From a virus (taxonomy: Duplodnaviria > Caudoviricetes), in IMG/VR virus record IMGVR_UViG_2799112954_000004, positions 10,459-74,458 of that record: DNA of 64,000 bases; one strand, written 5' to 3'. A model generated the notes under the pieces. It was given only the letters and a program-made list of their open reading frames with translations, had not been told where the DNA came from and did no database searches. Positions 10,414 to 21,104 of this stretch are shown here, piece after piece; the stretch's first letter is position 1, and every line of letters begins with the position of its first letter. The position numbers were made by a program, and so were the translations under genes.

Positions 10414-10836
10414 TTACGTTCTATCGTCCGGATTCGGCTCATTGAGTTTGAGAGAGAACGAACCATACCCTTTGAGAAATTCTCCGAACTGAGTGCAGGA
10501 GAGATAGATGCACTTATACACATCTCCCGAATAGCTTGTTGATATTTTCAGCAAGTCCGGCTTTTTTAGCTCTTGACAGAACGAAGAGAACTTGGTCATA
10601 AAGTCCGAAGTATCTTTTGCCACGAGATGGAGAGGTAGCGTAATGTCTCTCGCTTCATACCGAGGCTGTTTGTTCACAACACGTTTTCCGTGCTCCAGTC
10701 TTGATTTGCTCTCGACAACGCTCTTCATGGGAGGTGGAGCAATCAAAGCGGTTATTCCAGTTTGTTCCAGGCTGATGCCCCACGTAGTGAAAGCGTCTTG
10801 GCCATTGATATATAATACTCCTTTAGGCATAATCAA
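10414..10836 (-). CDS. Distal tail (Dit-like) protein
   Basis: 140 aa immediately after tape measure; LYINGQDAFTTWGISL, YEARDITLPLHL. Confidence 0.7.
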   Translation of the reverse strand: MIMPKGVLYINGQDAFTTWGISLEQTGITALIAPPPMKSVVESKSRLEHGKRVVNKQPRYEARDITLPLHLVAKDTSDFMTKFSSFCQELKKPDLLKISTSYSGDVYKCIYLSCTQFGEFLKGYGSFSLKLNEPNPDDRT

Positions 10837-13800
10837 AGATTTTTTGTATTGTTCACTATACTGTCTAACTTACTCGTCCATTCGTTATAGGACTTACGTG
10901 TGTACTTTACCATATCCTCCATATACGAATTGCTCGTAATCATAAGGTTACGTATCTCCAACACAGCACCATTCGTGGAGGTGGATATGGCTAACATTGA
11001 GTTTATCACCGTGAGCCCAGCAAGGACGGACTCAGATATACGCTCGTTGGACTCCTGCAAGGCCGTGAAGCGTCCGTTCAGCTCATCACCGGTCTCTTGC
11101 GACATACTCTGCCATGCTCCGCTCGAAGCGTCCTGCGAATAGGCGGAGTTGTAGCCAGTGATGGAGTCGATTGTCTTAACGTCCTCTTGCGCTTGCTTAG
11201 CCAAATCTACATATTGCTTGCGCAACTCGTTGATACGCTCCTGCGTGAGTCCTTCGTCGGTCTTCGCCCACTCTCTTGCTTGATCATACAGCTTCTTAAT
11301 CTTATCCTTATATTGCGATGCCACAAGGTTCTTGATGAGAGCTTTGCGCATATACTCAGCGAAATTGTTGGCAAAGTCAGCATTCGTGTTGTCGAGATCT
11401 GAAATCAAGTCCACATAATCATCGTAGAAGTCATCAAAAGACACAGACAACAGAGACTCAAACTCTTTCGCTTGGTCATCCTGCATATCCTTCAGCTTGG
11501 AGGCGTAGTCAACGATGGCTTGGGATAGATTGTCACCCAACAGAGCCAATGCCTTGGTGTCCTTGGAGAGCTTCAGCAAGTCTTCATCCGACAAACGCCA
11601 AATCCAGTCGAGACGACCGAACTGCTTCACTGAACTTGCGTATTGGCCATATACCTGCTTGTAATACTCATTCAGCGAGTTGTAGCCTTCCTGATAGAAT
11701 TTCCTCACCTCGTCATTGCCTGACCTCAAGTCTTTCTGCATCTGCTTGACTATCTTCACGCCTTCAGATGATTTGGAGCCTATTCCGAGAAAGCCTTTGC
11801 TTGCACCACTGTTCAGCCACACCTGCGATTGGGACTTGATGGCAGTCGCAGACTCTTTTTCCAAAGCTACCAACTGCTCATAATAGGCGATGGTATCCTT
11901 CATTGAGTTTTTTGCGTCTGTCATTGAATCGTTAAGGCTACTAATGTCATCCTTCAACAGATTGATGTAGGTGTCCATGGTACTCACATAATCCGTAAGG
12001 GTGGTATCTTCCTTGCCGCCAAAGAGCTGAGTGATGACTTGGATGGCTTGCAGTGCGGCCTCAATGATGGCGAGTATAGCAACAGACTTCTCGAGATTGC
12101 TTGCTGCCGTCTTGAAATCATTGATACCTTTTGCCATACCGAGACCTGCAGTGATGGCACTCGAAGCGAGTTTCAAACACTGGCCGGCTGCACCTCCCAT
12201 AACGTCTCCAGCGTCAGATAGGGCTTGCGCATACTGGTTGATGACGTCAGTCGTCTTGGAAAAAGATTTCTTCTCCTTGTTTTGCGCCTTGGTCATCTTC
12301 TGTGAAGCCTTCGACATGGTAGCAGCAGCAGATTTTTGCCCAGCAACATCTCCATTGTCCTTTGCAGTGTTGTACTTCACCTTAGCATCATCGAACTCCT
12401 TTTTCGCTGCTTTGAACTCGCTACGCGCCTCCTTGATGGTTTTCAATGGAGTGGAGAGGTCGAGTTTGTTCTGTATCTGCGTCATGGCGTCAACAAGAGC
12501 CTTCATCTGATCCGGACTAAGGTCTTTCTCAGTGTCCACGAGTTGCTGGAGCTGATCTTTCACAACAGACAATGTATCGAGGTCAACGTTGTCAAGGTCG
12601 CCAAAGATATAGTCCCAGTTGATGTTCAACTTCATCTGATTAAGGTCGAGGTCATTCAACGCCTTTTGCAAGCCGGCACGAATAGACTTTATCTGAGCAT
12701 CCTTATCTGCTGCTGTGAAATCAGCATTCTCATTGATTTTCTTAATCTTATCCTCAGCTTCTTCAGTTAGGGCAACCTTCTTTTCTTCGTAGGTGCCATA
12801 CTCCTTAAGGTACGATTGGATTGAAGCACGCTCAGACTCATTCTGCTTATTTCTGATGTCAGTTACCTTACGGTTGTACTCTTCCTCATTTGCTGTGTTT
12901 TTGGCATTATTCTCAGCAATCTCCGCTTTCGTGTAAGAGGTATCGACAGACGCAGGGTTGAACAGCTTTTTCTTATTCTTCGGGTTTGCGTTGAATAGCT
13001 GTTTGGCCTTTTTGATTTTCTCGTCTTTCAAGTCCTCATAGCCACGTCGGATTTCCTCTTTCTGTTTATCGAAGTCCAGCTTTGCCTGGTCGAGTTCCTT
13101 CTGAGATGAGTCCTTACGAGCATCGAGGATAGCTTGCCGTGTATCAAACTCCAAATCTATGGCATCACGTTGCTTCTGCTTCTCAGCCTCAGCCAACGTC
13201 TCCTTGTATTCTGCAGCGTCCCTGGCGGCTTGCAGCTTATCATCCTTGCCAGTGGCCTTCTTAGGAGTAGTTTTCTTCTTGGTTGTCTTAGGCTTGTTAG
13301 ATGCAGCCTCTTGCTCCTTCTGTTGCTTCTGGCGTGCTTGGATGGAGTATTGACCAGCTAATAGCTGCTCCTGACGCTCATCGGTATATCCTCCATGACC
13401 ATTCGACATTACAAGACTGTGACCCGTCTGCTGCTTGTGCTGGCGCATTCTATCAGCGCGCGCCTGGTGGTAGGCAGCGAGGTTGTTCAACTGCTTTGAA
13501 CTCATACGGTCGGCAACACCTTTCATCCATGCTGGTGGAGAGTTCAGCTCCGTATAAGTGATGTTGAGGTTGATGTTGCTATCGTTGTACGCCTTAATCA
13601 GCTCATCAATGGTGGTTCCTAACGTCTCCACGTCCTGACTGCTGAGTTTGGTTCTGTCAGCAAGCTCACGCTGTGATTCAGTCATTCCATCAGTGGCCAG
13701 TATTGCGCTGTTCGTAGCGTTGGCAGCGTCTATGGTGGCTTGGATGGTCTTCTCCTGCTCCAAACGGTTATTGGCGAGAGCATACGACTGCTTGTTTACG

Positions 13801-16292
13801 GCTTGTTGGGCTCCGATGATGGCAGACTTAGACACGCCGAGCTTTTCACCGTAGATACCGATTTTGGTAGTAAGGTCGGACACAGCCTTGTTATAGGCAG
13901 TAATCTGATCTGTCGAGAAGCGAGAGTTCCACGAGCCAGTCTTCTCTACGGATTCTGCGGTGGCTTTGTTCATCGCCTCCAGCTTATTCTTCAAGTTCTC
14001 GATATCCTCGTCTGAGATAAGGTTCACGAGCTGGTTCTTCTGAATATCACTGAAGTCGTCGGAGAGGCTGTCCTTGATGTCATTCTTAATGTCCTCTACC
14101 TGCTTCTCGTAAGAATCGGTGGCAGACTGAATATCGTTGGCTTTCTGACGCTCCACTGCTTCTTCCTTGATGAGTCCGATGAGCTCCTGCTTCTTCTCAA
14201 TGAGCTGAGAGGTCTTGTCTTTCTCGTCGTCGAGCTTCAAGCCATACTCCTGCGCAGTCTGTGTCAGTTGTTCGAGAGCATCCTTGTGGACCTTAGAGGT
14301 TGCGCTGGAGCTTTCCAACACGGCATAGAGGGAGGTTACGTTCGCAGACGCCTTAGTCATACTATCTCCGAATCGTTGGTTAGCGTCAGTGGCTTCATCC
14401 TCACTATCGGCAAAGGACATAAACAAGCTAATCGCTACGGTCAATCCTGTGAGGATGGCACCAATCGGGTTGGTCGCCATAGCTACCTTTAGTCCCTCCC
14501 ATGCGGCTCGCACAGTGTTAACGGCTGCTGCAAAGAGACCTTGCACGATGGTTGCGGCTTGCGTCTGAATCATGTTCAGCCTCATCATTATGGTATTAGC
14601 GCCGGTAGCTGCTGTGTTAGCCTGCTCAGCTACGGTCTTTGTGCCAGTAACGGTGGCATTGGTTCCTTTCGTTACAGCGTTAAGCTCGTTCTGTGCTGAG
14701 TTGGCAGCCTCAGCCGTGGTATTCATCTCAGTAGACGCAGTGGAGACGTCGGAAGATGCTGCTTTCAGTCTCTCGGCTGCAGCGTTTTCTTCATCGCACG
14801 CGGTCTTCAACTGAGTATGGGCTGCAGACTGAGCGTCAGCGTCTCCAGCTTCAAGGGCTGAGTCGAGCGCTTCCTTTGCGGCTTCGACCTTTGCCTGGGC
14901 GTTCTCTAAGTCCATGGAGGCTGCAGCTTGGTTCTGTACGGCAGCATCATAGGTTGCTTGTGCTTCCTGCGCCTTTGCTTGGAGGTTAGCAACACGCGCC
15001 TCGGCTTCTTGCTGCAATGCTGCAAGGGCTTCACGCTTGGTAGCTATCTCGGCAGCTTGAGCTTGCGTGAGGGTTCCTTCAGCAACGGCTTCTTGCAGAT
15101 CAGCGTTGATGACCTGCTGCTTCACTGGCTGGAGTGCTTCGAGGGCTGCAGTCTGAGCGTCAAGCTGCTCTTTCATCTGAGTATAGTTGGCATCCTGCTT
15201 GGCGAGAGCCAGTTCCTCACGCTTCTGAGCAATTTCCTCGGCTTGTGCTTGGGTGAGTTGCTTCTTTGCTACCATCTCCGCAAGGTCTGCGTTTTTCAAT
15301 GCGCCCTTTGCCGTATAGAGGGATTTGGTTGCAGCAATCTCATTCTCTAATATCTCCAGCTCCTTAGAATAGGTGAGCTTCTGTCTCGACTTCTCTATCG
15401 CTATGGTGGCGAGGAGCGTTCCCTTATACAGTCCGTAGGCAGTGATGACGGTACCGATGGCTTGCGCTATCTGCTGCCAATGGTCAACAGCCGTAGAGGT
15501 CAGAGAGAGCACGTCGTTGATTATGCCCTCGTTCTGTTGACCAATATCGTTGAACATCATATCAATGCTGTCCTCGATGTTCGAGATCTGACCCGTAATG
15601 GTGTGAGACTGAGCTTCCATCAGTCCGCCGAACTTACCGCCCTCATTTGTCAAGTCCTCGATGACCTTCTGGACTTGTGGGAAACCGACCTTGCCTTGCT
15701 CAACGAGGTCTTTCACCTGACTCTCAGCAACACCAAACTGCTTTGCAAGCTCACTTATCATAGGAATGCCTCGGCCGGTGAACTGGTTTAGGTCTTGCGT
15801 GTACATACGACCCTGCGCCATCGTGGTGCCGTAAAGGTAAACAATATCGCCAAGAGGAATAGAAAGGCCTGCTGCTACGTCTCCCAGTCTTCTCAGAGTA
15901 TCGATAACCTTATCAGCGCTCATTCCATAAGCAAGAAGTTGCTTCGCTCCTCCAGCCACACCTTTCAAATCGAATGGAGTGGTAGCGGCGAGCATCGTTG
16001 ACTGCTGCATCATCTTCTTTCCTTTCGTGGCTGAACCTAACATGGTGTTGAAAGCCACCTCCAACTGCTGAAACTCTCCACGTGTCTCAGCTATCGTCTT
16101 CACTACCTGGGTGGCAGAGAAACCAGCGAAAGCAGTGGAAGCGGCTATCTTAATACGGTTGAATGCGCTCTCAATATCTCCACCTGCGCTCTCAACAGTC
16201 TTAGCGGTACTGCGGACTCCATTCTCCGCTCCACGTAGCGCAGAGAGGAAATTCTGATTGTCTCCGGTTATATCGAATTTTATTCCTGCCAT
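10833..16292 (-). CDS. Tape measure protein
   Basis: 1819 aa, Ala-rich coiled coil; tape-measure N-terminal motif (AATTPFDLKGVAGGAKQLLAYG...TQDLNQFTGRGIP). Confidence 0.92.
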   Translation of the reverse strand: MAGIKFDITGDNQNFLSALRGAENGVRSTAKTVESAGGDIESAFNRIKIAASTAFAGFSATQVVKTIAETRGEFQQLEVAFNTMLGSATKGKKMMQQSTMLAATTPFDLKGVAGGAKQLLAYGMSADKVIDTLRRLGDVAAGLSIPLGDIVYLYGTTMAQGRMYTQDLNQFTGRGIPMISELAKQFGVAESQVKDLVEQGKVGFPQVQKVIEDLTNEGGKFGGLMEAQSHTITGQISNIEDSIDMMFNDIGQQNEGIINDVLSLTSTAVDHWQQIAQAIGTVITAYGLYKGTLLATIAIEKSRQKLTYSKELEILENEIAATKSLYTAKGALKNADLAEMVAKKQLTQAQAEEIAQKREELALAKQDANYTQMKEQLDAQTAALEALQPVKQQVINADLQEAVAEGTLTQAQAAEIATKREALAALQQEAEARVANLQAKAQEAQATYDAAVQNQAAASMDLENAQAKVEAAKEALDSALEAGDADAQSAAHTQLKTACDEENAAAERLKAASSDVSTASTEMNTTAEAANSAQNELNAVTKGTNATVTGTKTVAEQANTAATGANTIMMRLNMIQTQAATIVQGLFAAAVNTVRAAWEGLKVAMATNPIGAILTGLTVAISLFMSFADSEDEATDANQRFGDSMTKASANVTSLYAVLESSSATSKVHKDALEQLTQTAQEYGLKLDDEKDKTSQLIEKKQELIGLIKEEAVERQKANDIQSATDSYEKQVEDIKNDIKDSLSDDFSDIQKNQLVNLISDEDIENLKNKLEAMNKATAESVEKTGSWNSRFSTDQITAYNKAVSDLTTKIGIYGEKLGVSKSAIIGAQQAVNKQSYALANNRLEQEKTIQATIDAANATNSAILATDGMTESQRELADRTKLSSQDVETLGTTIDELIKAYNDSNINLNITYTELNSPPAWMKGVADRMSSKQLNNLAAYHQARADRMRQHKQQTGHSLVMSNGHGGYTDERQEQLLAGQYSIQARQKQQKEQEAASNKPKTTKKKTTPKKATGKDDKLQAARDAAEYKETLAEAEKQKQRDAIDLEFDTRQAILDARKDSSQKELDQAKLDFDKQKEEIRRGYEDLKDEKIKKAKQLFNANPKNKKKLFNPASVDTSYTKAEIAENNAKNTANEEEYNRKVTDIRNKQNESERASIQSYLKEYGTYEEKKVALTEEAEDKIKKINENADFTAADKDAQIKSIRAGLQKALNDLDLNQMKLNINWDYIFGDLDNVDLDTLSVVKDQLQQLVDTEKDLSPDQMKALVDAMTQIQNKLDLSTPLKTIKEARSEFKAAKKEFDDAKVKYNTAKDNGDVAGQKSAAATMSKASQKMTKAQNKEKKSFSKTTDVINQYAQALSDAGDVMGGAAGQCLKLASSAITAGLGMAKGINDFKTAASNLEKSVAILAIIEAALQAIQVITQLFGGKEDTTLTDYVSTMDTYINLLKDDISSLNDSMTDAKNSMKDTIAYYEQLVALEKESATAIKSQSQVWLNSGASKGFLGIGSKSSEGVKIVKQMQKDLRSGNDEVRKFYQEGYNSLNEYYKQVYGQYASSVKQFGRLDWIWRLSDEDLLKLSKDTKALALLGDNLSQAIVDYASKLKDMQDDQAKEFESLLSVSFDDFYDDYVDLISDLDNTNADFANNFAEYMRKALIKNLVASQYKDKIKKLYDQAREWAKTDEGLTQERINELRKQYVDLAKQAQEDVKTIDSITGYNSAYSQDASSGAWQSMSQETGDELNGRFTALQESNERISESVLAGLTVINSMLAISTSTNGAVLEIRNLMITSNSYMEDMVKYTRKSYNEWTSKLDSIVNNTKNL

Positions 16293-16445
16293 TTCTGTCT
16301 TATCTTTTTATGCCATTTATAGGCGTTTTCTCGGGAATTTACCCGAATCGTGTTAAAATAATTCTGAATTGTTACAGCCGCCTCGTAGTGGCTGATTTTC
16401 AAGGTATTCTTTTTAGGGAGTGACAGGCAACGCTTTTTTGCTCAA

Positions 16446-17171
16446 TTATTTGCTCTCCTTCTCGAACTCAGCCTTTATCTTCTCCCAATTTCTCGGGTCA
16501 TCAGCAGATAACCTATCACGGTCATTAGTGACACTGCAACGCTTTCTCTCGTCGTCTGAGAGACAAATGTCCTTCGTTGCATCGGCCAACAACAGTTTTA
16601 GGTTGGTGTAACTGATCTCCCACACCACGTAATCGAACGTCCAGTGGTACTTTGAACACGCTGCATCAATGAGACTGCCGTAGATGGATAACCCGCCAAA
16701 CACATAGACGTTCTTGGAGCTTTTCACTTTCATCACGCTATTCATACGCTCTTGCTCCTTGTCTAACTTCAGATGGTGCATAAACGCCTCAGTCTTATCG
16801 GAGGTGAGGACGGTGATGAGCAATGTCTCCAAGTCCTCGTCGTCGCAATGCTCTGACAGGTACTTGTTTCTTGCCTCTACGTACTCATAGTCGAAAATCT
16901 TTGCTTTGGTCCTTATTGTGTGATAGGTGATGATGCGGACTACCTGCTCCCTATTCTCCTTTACTAATCGTATTGCTTCCAAATAGGGGTTGGTTTTTAG
17001 GATGTCTTCGTTTATCCCGAGGCTCTTTATCAATCGTCCCAATAGGAACATTTTACCAAGCGTCACGGGATATAAATAAAAATGCCGATTACCACAAGTG
17101 AAACCATACGGTCTGTCTATAATGGCATCGGCTAAATCCTTTTCTAAGTCTTTGTTCAACGTTTTATCCAT
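16446..17171 (-). CDS. Tail assembly chaperone
   Basis: Between major tail and tape measure genes; C-terminal WTFDYVVWEISYTNLKLLLAD is gpT-like. Confidence 0.7.
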   Translation of the reverse strand: MDKTLNKDLEKDLADAIIDRPYGFTCGNRHFYLYPVTLGKMFLLGRLIKSLGINEDILKTNPYLEAIRLVKENREQVVRIITYHTIRTKAKIFDYEYVEARNKYLSEHCDDEDLETLLITVLTSDKTEAFMHHLKLDKEQERMNSVMKVKSSKNVYVFGGLSIYGSLIDAACSKYHWTFDYVVWEISYTNLKLLLADATKDICLSDDERKRCSVTNDRDRLSADDPRNWEKIKAEFEKESK

Positions 17172-17191
17172 AGGACTTGCTATTGTGATAG

Positions 17192-17275
17192 CGGAGAGCA
17201 GTGTACTCGAAACACATCCGTTGTCCGGACCCTTGGTTTAGCAATCCAGCCCACATCCTCTGTGGTTTACTCTCC
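17192..17275 (-). tRNA. Degenerate tRNA-Ser(GCT)-like element
   Basis: Acceptor GGAGAGT/GCTCTCC, D arm CCAC/GTGG, anticodon loop TTGCTAA, long variable arm GTCCG/CGGAT, T loop TTCGAGT, discriminator G; weak anticodon stem, no encoded CCA. Confidence 0.6.
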
Positions 17276-17351
17276 AATTGCAGGTTTGTTTGGGACCCGA
17301 AACCTGCAAAGGGTGAATATATATGGATAAACAGCACGCTACGATACGTCC

Positions 17352-17807
17352 TTACGATCCACTTGTTGTTGTTCCTGCGGTGATGCTCACCTGATCCTTG
17401 CCATCATTGTCGAGTGAATCGAAGGTATAGACGCGGATGAGACCATCTGCTGCCGTGTAGGTATCCTCATACGAGCATACGGCACGCGCCATGGTAAAGC
17501 CGGGAGCACGCTTGTCTTCCGGAGTCAGCGTTACAGAATACTCGCCAGGCACGACACCGTTAGTACCTGCAATAGGCATTGTACGGCCGGCACCCTGACG
17601 AACGCTGCATTTGAACGTATATTTGCTATCCTTGTAACGGACAGCCTCAGCAGCTCCACCCTCAATGTTGGCTTCTACCTTATCTCCCTTTTCGGTCGAC
17701 AGCTCAGAAGAATCCTCTACGGGAGTAGGAAATGTACCTACGGTCACTGCGCCAGTGTCGGCAACAGCAGCAACCACAATAGTTGGTTTACCCCAAGATA
17801 GTATCAT
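17352..17807 (-). CDS. Major tail (tube) protein
   Basis: 151 aa; position after tail terminator; MILSWGKP..ELSTEKGDKVEANIEGG pattern. Confidence 0.75.
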   Translation of the reverse strand: MILSWGKPTIVVAAVADTGAVTVGTFPTPVEDSSELSTEKGDKVEANIEGGAAEAVRYKDSKYTFKCSVRQGAGRTMPIAGTNGVVPGEYSVTLTPEDKRAPGFTMARAVCSYEDTYTAADGLIRVYTFDSLDNDGKDQVSITAGTTTSGS

Positions 17808-17811
17808 AATT

Positions 17812-18207
17812 CTATTCGTTATTAATTTTGTAATTCAGTCTGTTGTTTATGACGTGCCAATCGATACCCTCAGCCTCATAGACTTTCTGTTGCTCGAGAT
17901 AGACTACCGCCCCTCCTACAGTGAATGACTCCAGTATGGAGGAAGCAAGTTCAGACAGCTCACCAATTCTTGCAGAATCTTCTTCCGCCTGCCCATCGAT
18001 AATATTGTCCTCAACGTAGATATTCACGTTTACAACGGCTTCTTGATTTTGTCCGTTCACGTTGGATAGCACTGAGATGATGATGTCCTCCTTGGTCGAG
18101 TTCTTGGGCCTGCTCGTCTTCTTCAGCAAGCCAGTAACCTCATTGACCAGCTCGGACTTCATCAAGTAGTTGTAGATATCCGTTTTTATCGCGTACTCGG
18201 TTTTCAT
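17812..18207 (-). CDS. Tail terminator/completion protein
   Basis: 131 aa; neck gene order. Confidence 0.6.
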   Translation of the reverse strand: MKTEYAIKTDIYNYLMKSELVNEVTGLLKKTSRPKNSTKEDIIISVLSNVNGQNQEAVVNVNIYVEDNIIDGQAEEDSARIGELSELASSILESFTVGGAVVYLEQQKVYEAEGIDWHVINNRLNYKINNE

Positions 18208-18686
18208 ATCTGGATGGAATTTATCTTTTTCGTTGCCTTATCTACGGCTTTTTGGATATACTCATCAACTTTCCCCCTTGCCCAGGTTTCAGTCGATGCA
18301 AGCACATCTTTGTTTTTAAGAGCCTCAACGTAATCTGCATAACTCATGGCAGCGACCACCACCAACGCATAGGTGTTGGAATACTTGGAGGCTAACTCCT
18401 CGACCATCTTTCTACCCTCACTCTGTCCTTTAGAACCTTCCTTAACTACAGCAAAGGCAGACTGCATGAGCGCCTTGCCGTGATTGTAGATGGAATAACC
18501 TACGGAGCTACGGAGATTTCCGGTGTGGTCTATCCAGCTCTCTTCGCTACTTCTATCTCTGATTTTGTTCAAAGAGGTCTCTCCCATATAAGCCAAGGCA
18601 CTGAAAATCTCGTCATTGAGAATACGTGCAGCAGTCTTTAAGAAAGCATCTACTGCCTCTTTCGGAGTTACCATCTTTATCTCCAT
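18204..18686 (-). CDS. HK97 gp10-like neck/tail completion protein
   Basis: DHTGNLRSSVGY and YADYVE motifs. Confidence 0.75.
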   Translation of the reverse strand: MEIKMVTPKEAVDAFLKTAARILNDEIFSALAYMGETSLNKIRDRSSEESWIDHTGNLRSSVGYSIYNHGKALMQSAFAVVKEGSKGQSEGRKMVEELASKYSNTYALVVVAAMSYADYVEALKNKDVLASTETWARGKVDEYIQKAVDKATKKINSIQI

Positions 18687-19018
18687 CAGATCCAAATTTT
18701 ACATTGATGCTGGTAACGGTGAAATCCCTTAACCTCAAACTCCTTCTCGTCTGAGCCAAAGAAAGCAATTTTTATCTTATCGCCTCGCTTGAACTCACGG
18801 CAGTCTGGAGGGAGATTATACACGGTGTACTCGTAATAGCCTGACGTTCCATCGTCATACGTTATCACATTCTCCTTGCCCGATGGAACCACATCGCACC
18901 TGCAGTAGTTATCTACCCATTCGGTACCGCCTTTGTGGTAGTCACCGTTTTCATCGGTATAGCCTTTGCTGCTGATGCAATAGGATAGGAGGTGTGGCGC
19001 AAAATCCAAGACAGCCAT
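18686..19018 (-). CDS. Head closure protein
   Basis: 110 aa; GYTDENGDYH..G, neck position. Confidence 0.6.
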   Translation of the reverse strand: MAVLDFAPHLLSYCISSKGYTDENGDYHKGGTEWVDNYCRCDVVPSGKENVITYDDGTSGYYEYTVYNLPPDCREFKRGDKIKIAFFGSDEKEFEVKGFHRYQHQCKIWI

Positions 19019-19019
19019 A

Positions 19020-19346
19020 TTAATCGAGTATTGTTACCGTCGGCTCACCATCGTCAAACGTAGGCTCGCCAATCTCACCGTATAGTTTGTTAGCTCTCTT
19101 CAGTATCAGCTTTCTTTGCTCGTCCGTGAGCGTTCCAATGCTCTTGTCCGACTCGGAAAACTGAATCGCTCCCACGAGAGAATAAAGACAGTCCGCAACA
19201 GCACCCTTGTAGGCATCGCTATCCATGGTAGGCTTATCGACGTCCTTGGTGCCATCAAGTTCTCGTTTGATGAGGATGTTCTCAATATACCCTACTGGGA
19301 TAGGATAATGAACCTCGTCTCTCAGTGCTTGCAATACTGTCTTCAT
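19020..19346 (-). CDS. Head-tail adaptor protein
   Basis: 108 aa directly after major capsid gene. Confidence 0.6.
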   Translation of the reverse strand: MKTVLQALRDEVHYPIPVGYIENILIKRELDGTKDVDKPTMDSDAYKGAVADCLYSLVGAIQFSESDKSIGTLTDEQRKLILKRANKLYGEIGEPTFDDGEPTVTILD

Positions 19347-19358
19347 TCTCTGTTACGT

Positions 19359-20657
19359 TTAGGATGCTGGAGTGAGGGCATTCTTCAGAGTTTCCTCATC
19401 CTCCTCGCTCAGTTCGTTAATCTTACTAATCAGCGTATTATCGCCAATGTTAGAAGCAACACGGTTGCCAGTAATGGCAGCAAGCTGCTTGATCACGTCA
19501 GCCTTTGTGTACTTCTTGCCCCATACCGTGATATAGGTGTCGGAAGTATCAGCCTTCTCAGCAGTCTCGTCAACCTCCTCAGAGAGAGTGAGGTCAAGCA
19601 CATACACCTGGTCAACGTCTTCGATGACAGGTGCTGCCAAAGCCTGACCGCCAGTAACCTCACGGAGAGGATTGGTCAGAGAGTACTCAGAAATCAGCTT
19701 ATAGTCGTCAATAAGGCTGTAGGTCACGCCATCGACGTGATTGGTAGCCTCAGCAAGCTGACCATAAACGAAGGAGCCAACCTGCTCATTGCACTCGAAG
19801 ATGATACGGTTGTTGTTCCAAGGCTTCTTAGAGGTCTTCTTGCCATTCTTCTCGAACAGAACGGTACGGTTGATTACCTGGAACGTTGCACCAGTGTCAT
19901 CGGTGAATGCCTCATTGAAACGCTTTGCTGTAGGAACCGGCAGCGTGGTGTCCTCAGTGTAGGACTGACCATTATAACCTGCAACGAGCTCACGAGCCTC
20001 ACGTGTCAGACGCAGTGCATCATAGGTAGTCTTGGAAATCCAAACCTTGATGACGGTGTTCTGGTCACGAGAGTCGGCAGTGGAAATAACATGCTTGATA
20101 TCGGAGAGAGAGATAACACCCTTTGTAGTTGCGCCAAAGGTGTTTGCAGCAAGGTAGCCATAGTTAAGGCGCATCAGACTGCCTTCCTTATCAGCATCCG
20201 GCATTGCGACATAGCCCTCGCAGAGACCAAAGAGGAACGAATACTCCATGAGCTCGTCGAGACCGACATTACAAGCCACAGGGTCGTCAGCAAGTTTCTT
20301 TCGGATACGGGCTGCGTTGCCTCCCTGCTTCTCCATGATGTTGAGCTGAGTAATATCAGACTCTTTCAGCTTCTTGGAGATGGCAGACTTAGGCAGCTTG
20401 CCATTAGCCGAAGCAATGCTGTCACGAGACTTGATGGGCAACTCGGAGTCCATGGCTACGAAATCTGCAGATACGTAGGTAGTGTTCACACTTGTGGACT
20501 CCCACTTGTTGTCCGGAGAAAACACTTTCTTAAGGATAGTTGTATCCTTATGCAGATAGGTCAGCGTGCCGTTTCTCTTTCCGTTGATTTTCTCAATGAG
20601 AGTGGTCAACAGAGGGAAAAACGAAGCGACCCATTTCAAAAACAAAGATTCATTCAT
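19359..20657 (-). CDS. Major capsid protein
   Basis: 432 aa after scaffold and decoration genes; ADFVAMDSELPIKSRD pattern of lambda gpE-like capsids. Confidence 0.85.
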   Translation of the reverse strand: MNESLFLKWVASFFPLLTTLIEKINGKRNGTLTYLHKDTTILKKVFSPDNKWESTSVNTTYVSADFVAMDSELPIKSRDSIASANGKLPKSAISKKLKESDITQLNIMEKQGGNAARIRKKLADDPVACNVGLDELMEYSFLFGLCEGYVAMPDADKEGSLMRLNYGYLAANTFGATTKGVISLSDIKHVISTADSRDQNTVIKVWISKTTYDALRLTREARELVAGYNGQSYTEDTTLPVPTAKRFNEAFTDDTGATFQVINRTVLFEKNGKKTSKKPWNNNRIIFECNEQVGSFVYGQLAEATNHVDGVTYSLIDDYKLISEYSLTNPLREVTGGQALAAPVIEDVDQVYVLDLTLSEEVDETAEKADTSDTYITVWGKKYTKADVIKQLAAITGNRVASNIGDNTLISKINELSEEDEETLKNALTPAS

Positions 20658-20683
20658 AATTACCTAATTGAAGATTGAAGCGG

Positions 20684-21082
20684 TTACTCGTCATGGTCGA
20701 AACGAAGCGTAGGTACGGCCTTCACGATAGCGTCCTTGATGGAATCTACAGCGTAAGGGCTTGCTACGTCATTCACTTCGCCAGCATACATGATAGCTAC
20801 GAAAGGCTCAGCGGTGGGCACAGTGCTTACCGCAACGCCTACATATACACAATTCTCCGGCAGCGACTCATACGCGTCGCCAGCCTCATTCACTGGCATG
20901 GGCAGATACTCCCCAGTGGTAGTGTTCTTGATAATCACATGGCCGGCGCGGATAAACTCCTGCTTGTAATTATCAACATTGAGCACTTTGCCACCTTTGA
21001 TGCCTGCGGTATAATGGCGGATAACCACAGGGTCGTTACCGAAGCCAAATGCCGCCTTTGTACCAACATCTACTACACTCAT
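20684..21082 (-). CDS. Head decoration protein
   Basis: 132 aa between scaffold and capsid genes. Confidence 0.65.
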   Translation of the reverse strand: MSVVDVGTKAAFGFGNDPVVIRHYTAGIKGGKVLNVDNYKQEFIRAGHVIIKNTTTGEYLPMPVNEAGDAYESLPENCVYVGVAVSTVPTAEPFVAIMYAGEVNDVASPYAVDSIKDAIVKAVPTLRFDHDE

Positions 21083-21104
21083 TTTTGTTGTCTTTTAAGA
21101 TGGT

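Noticed and set aside
16300-17171. Programmed -1 frameshift in the tail chaperone
   Set aside because: The gpT-like segment is already in frame within the single 241-aa ORF, and no second ORF lies before the tape measure gene
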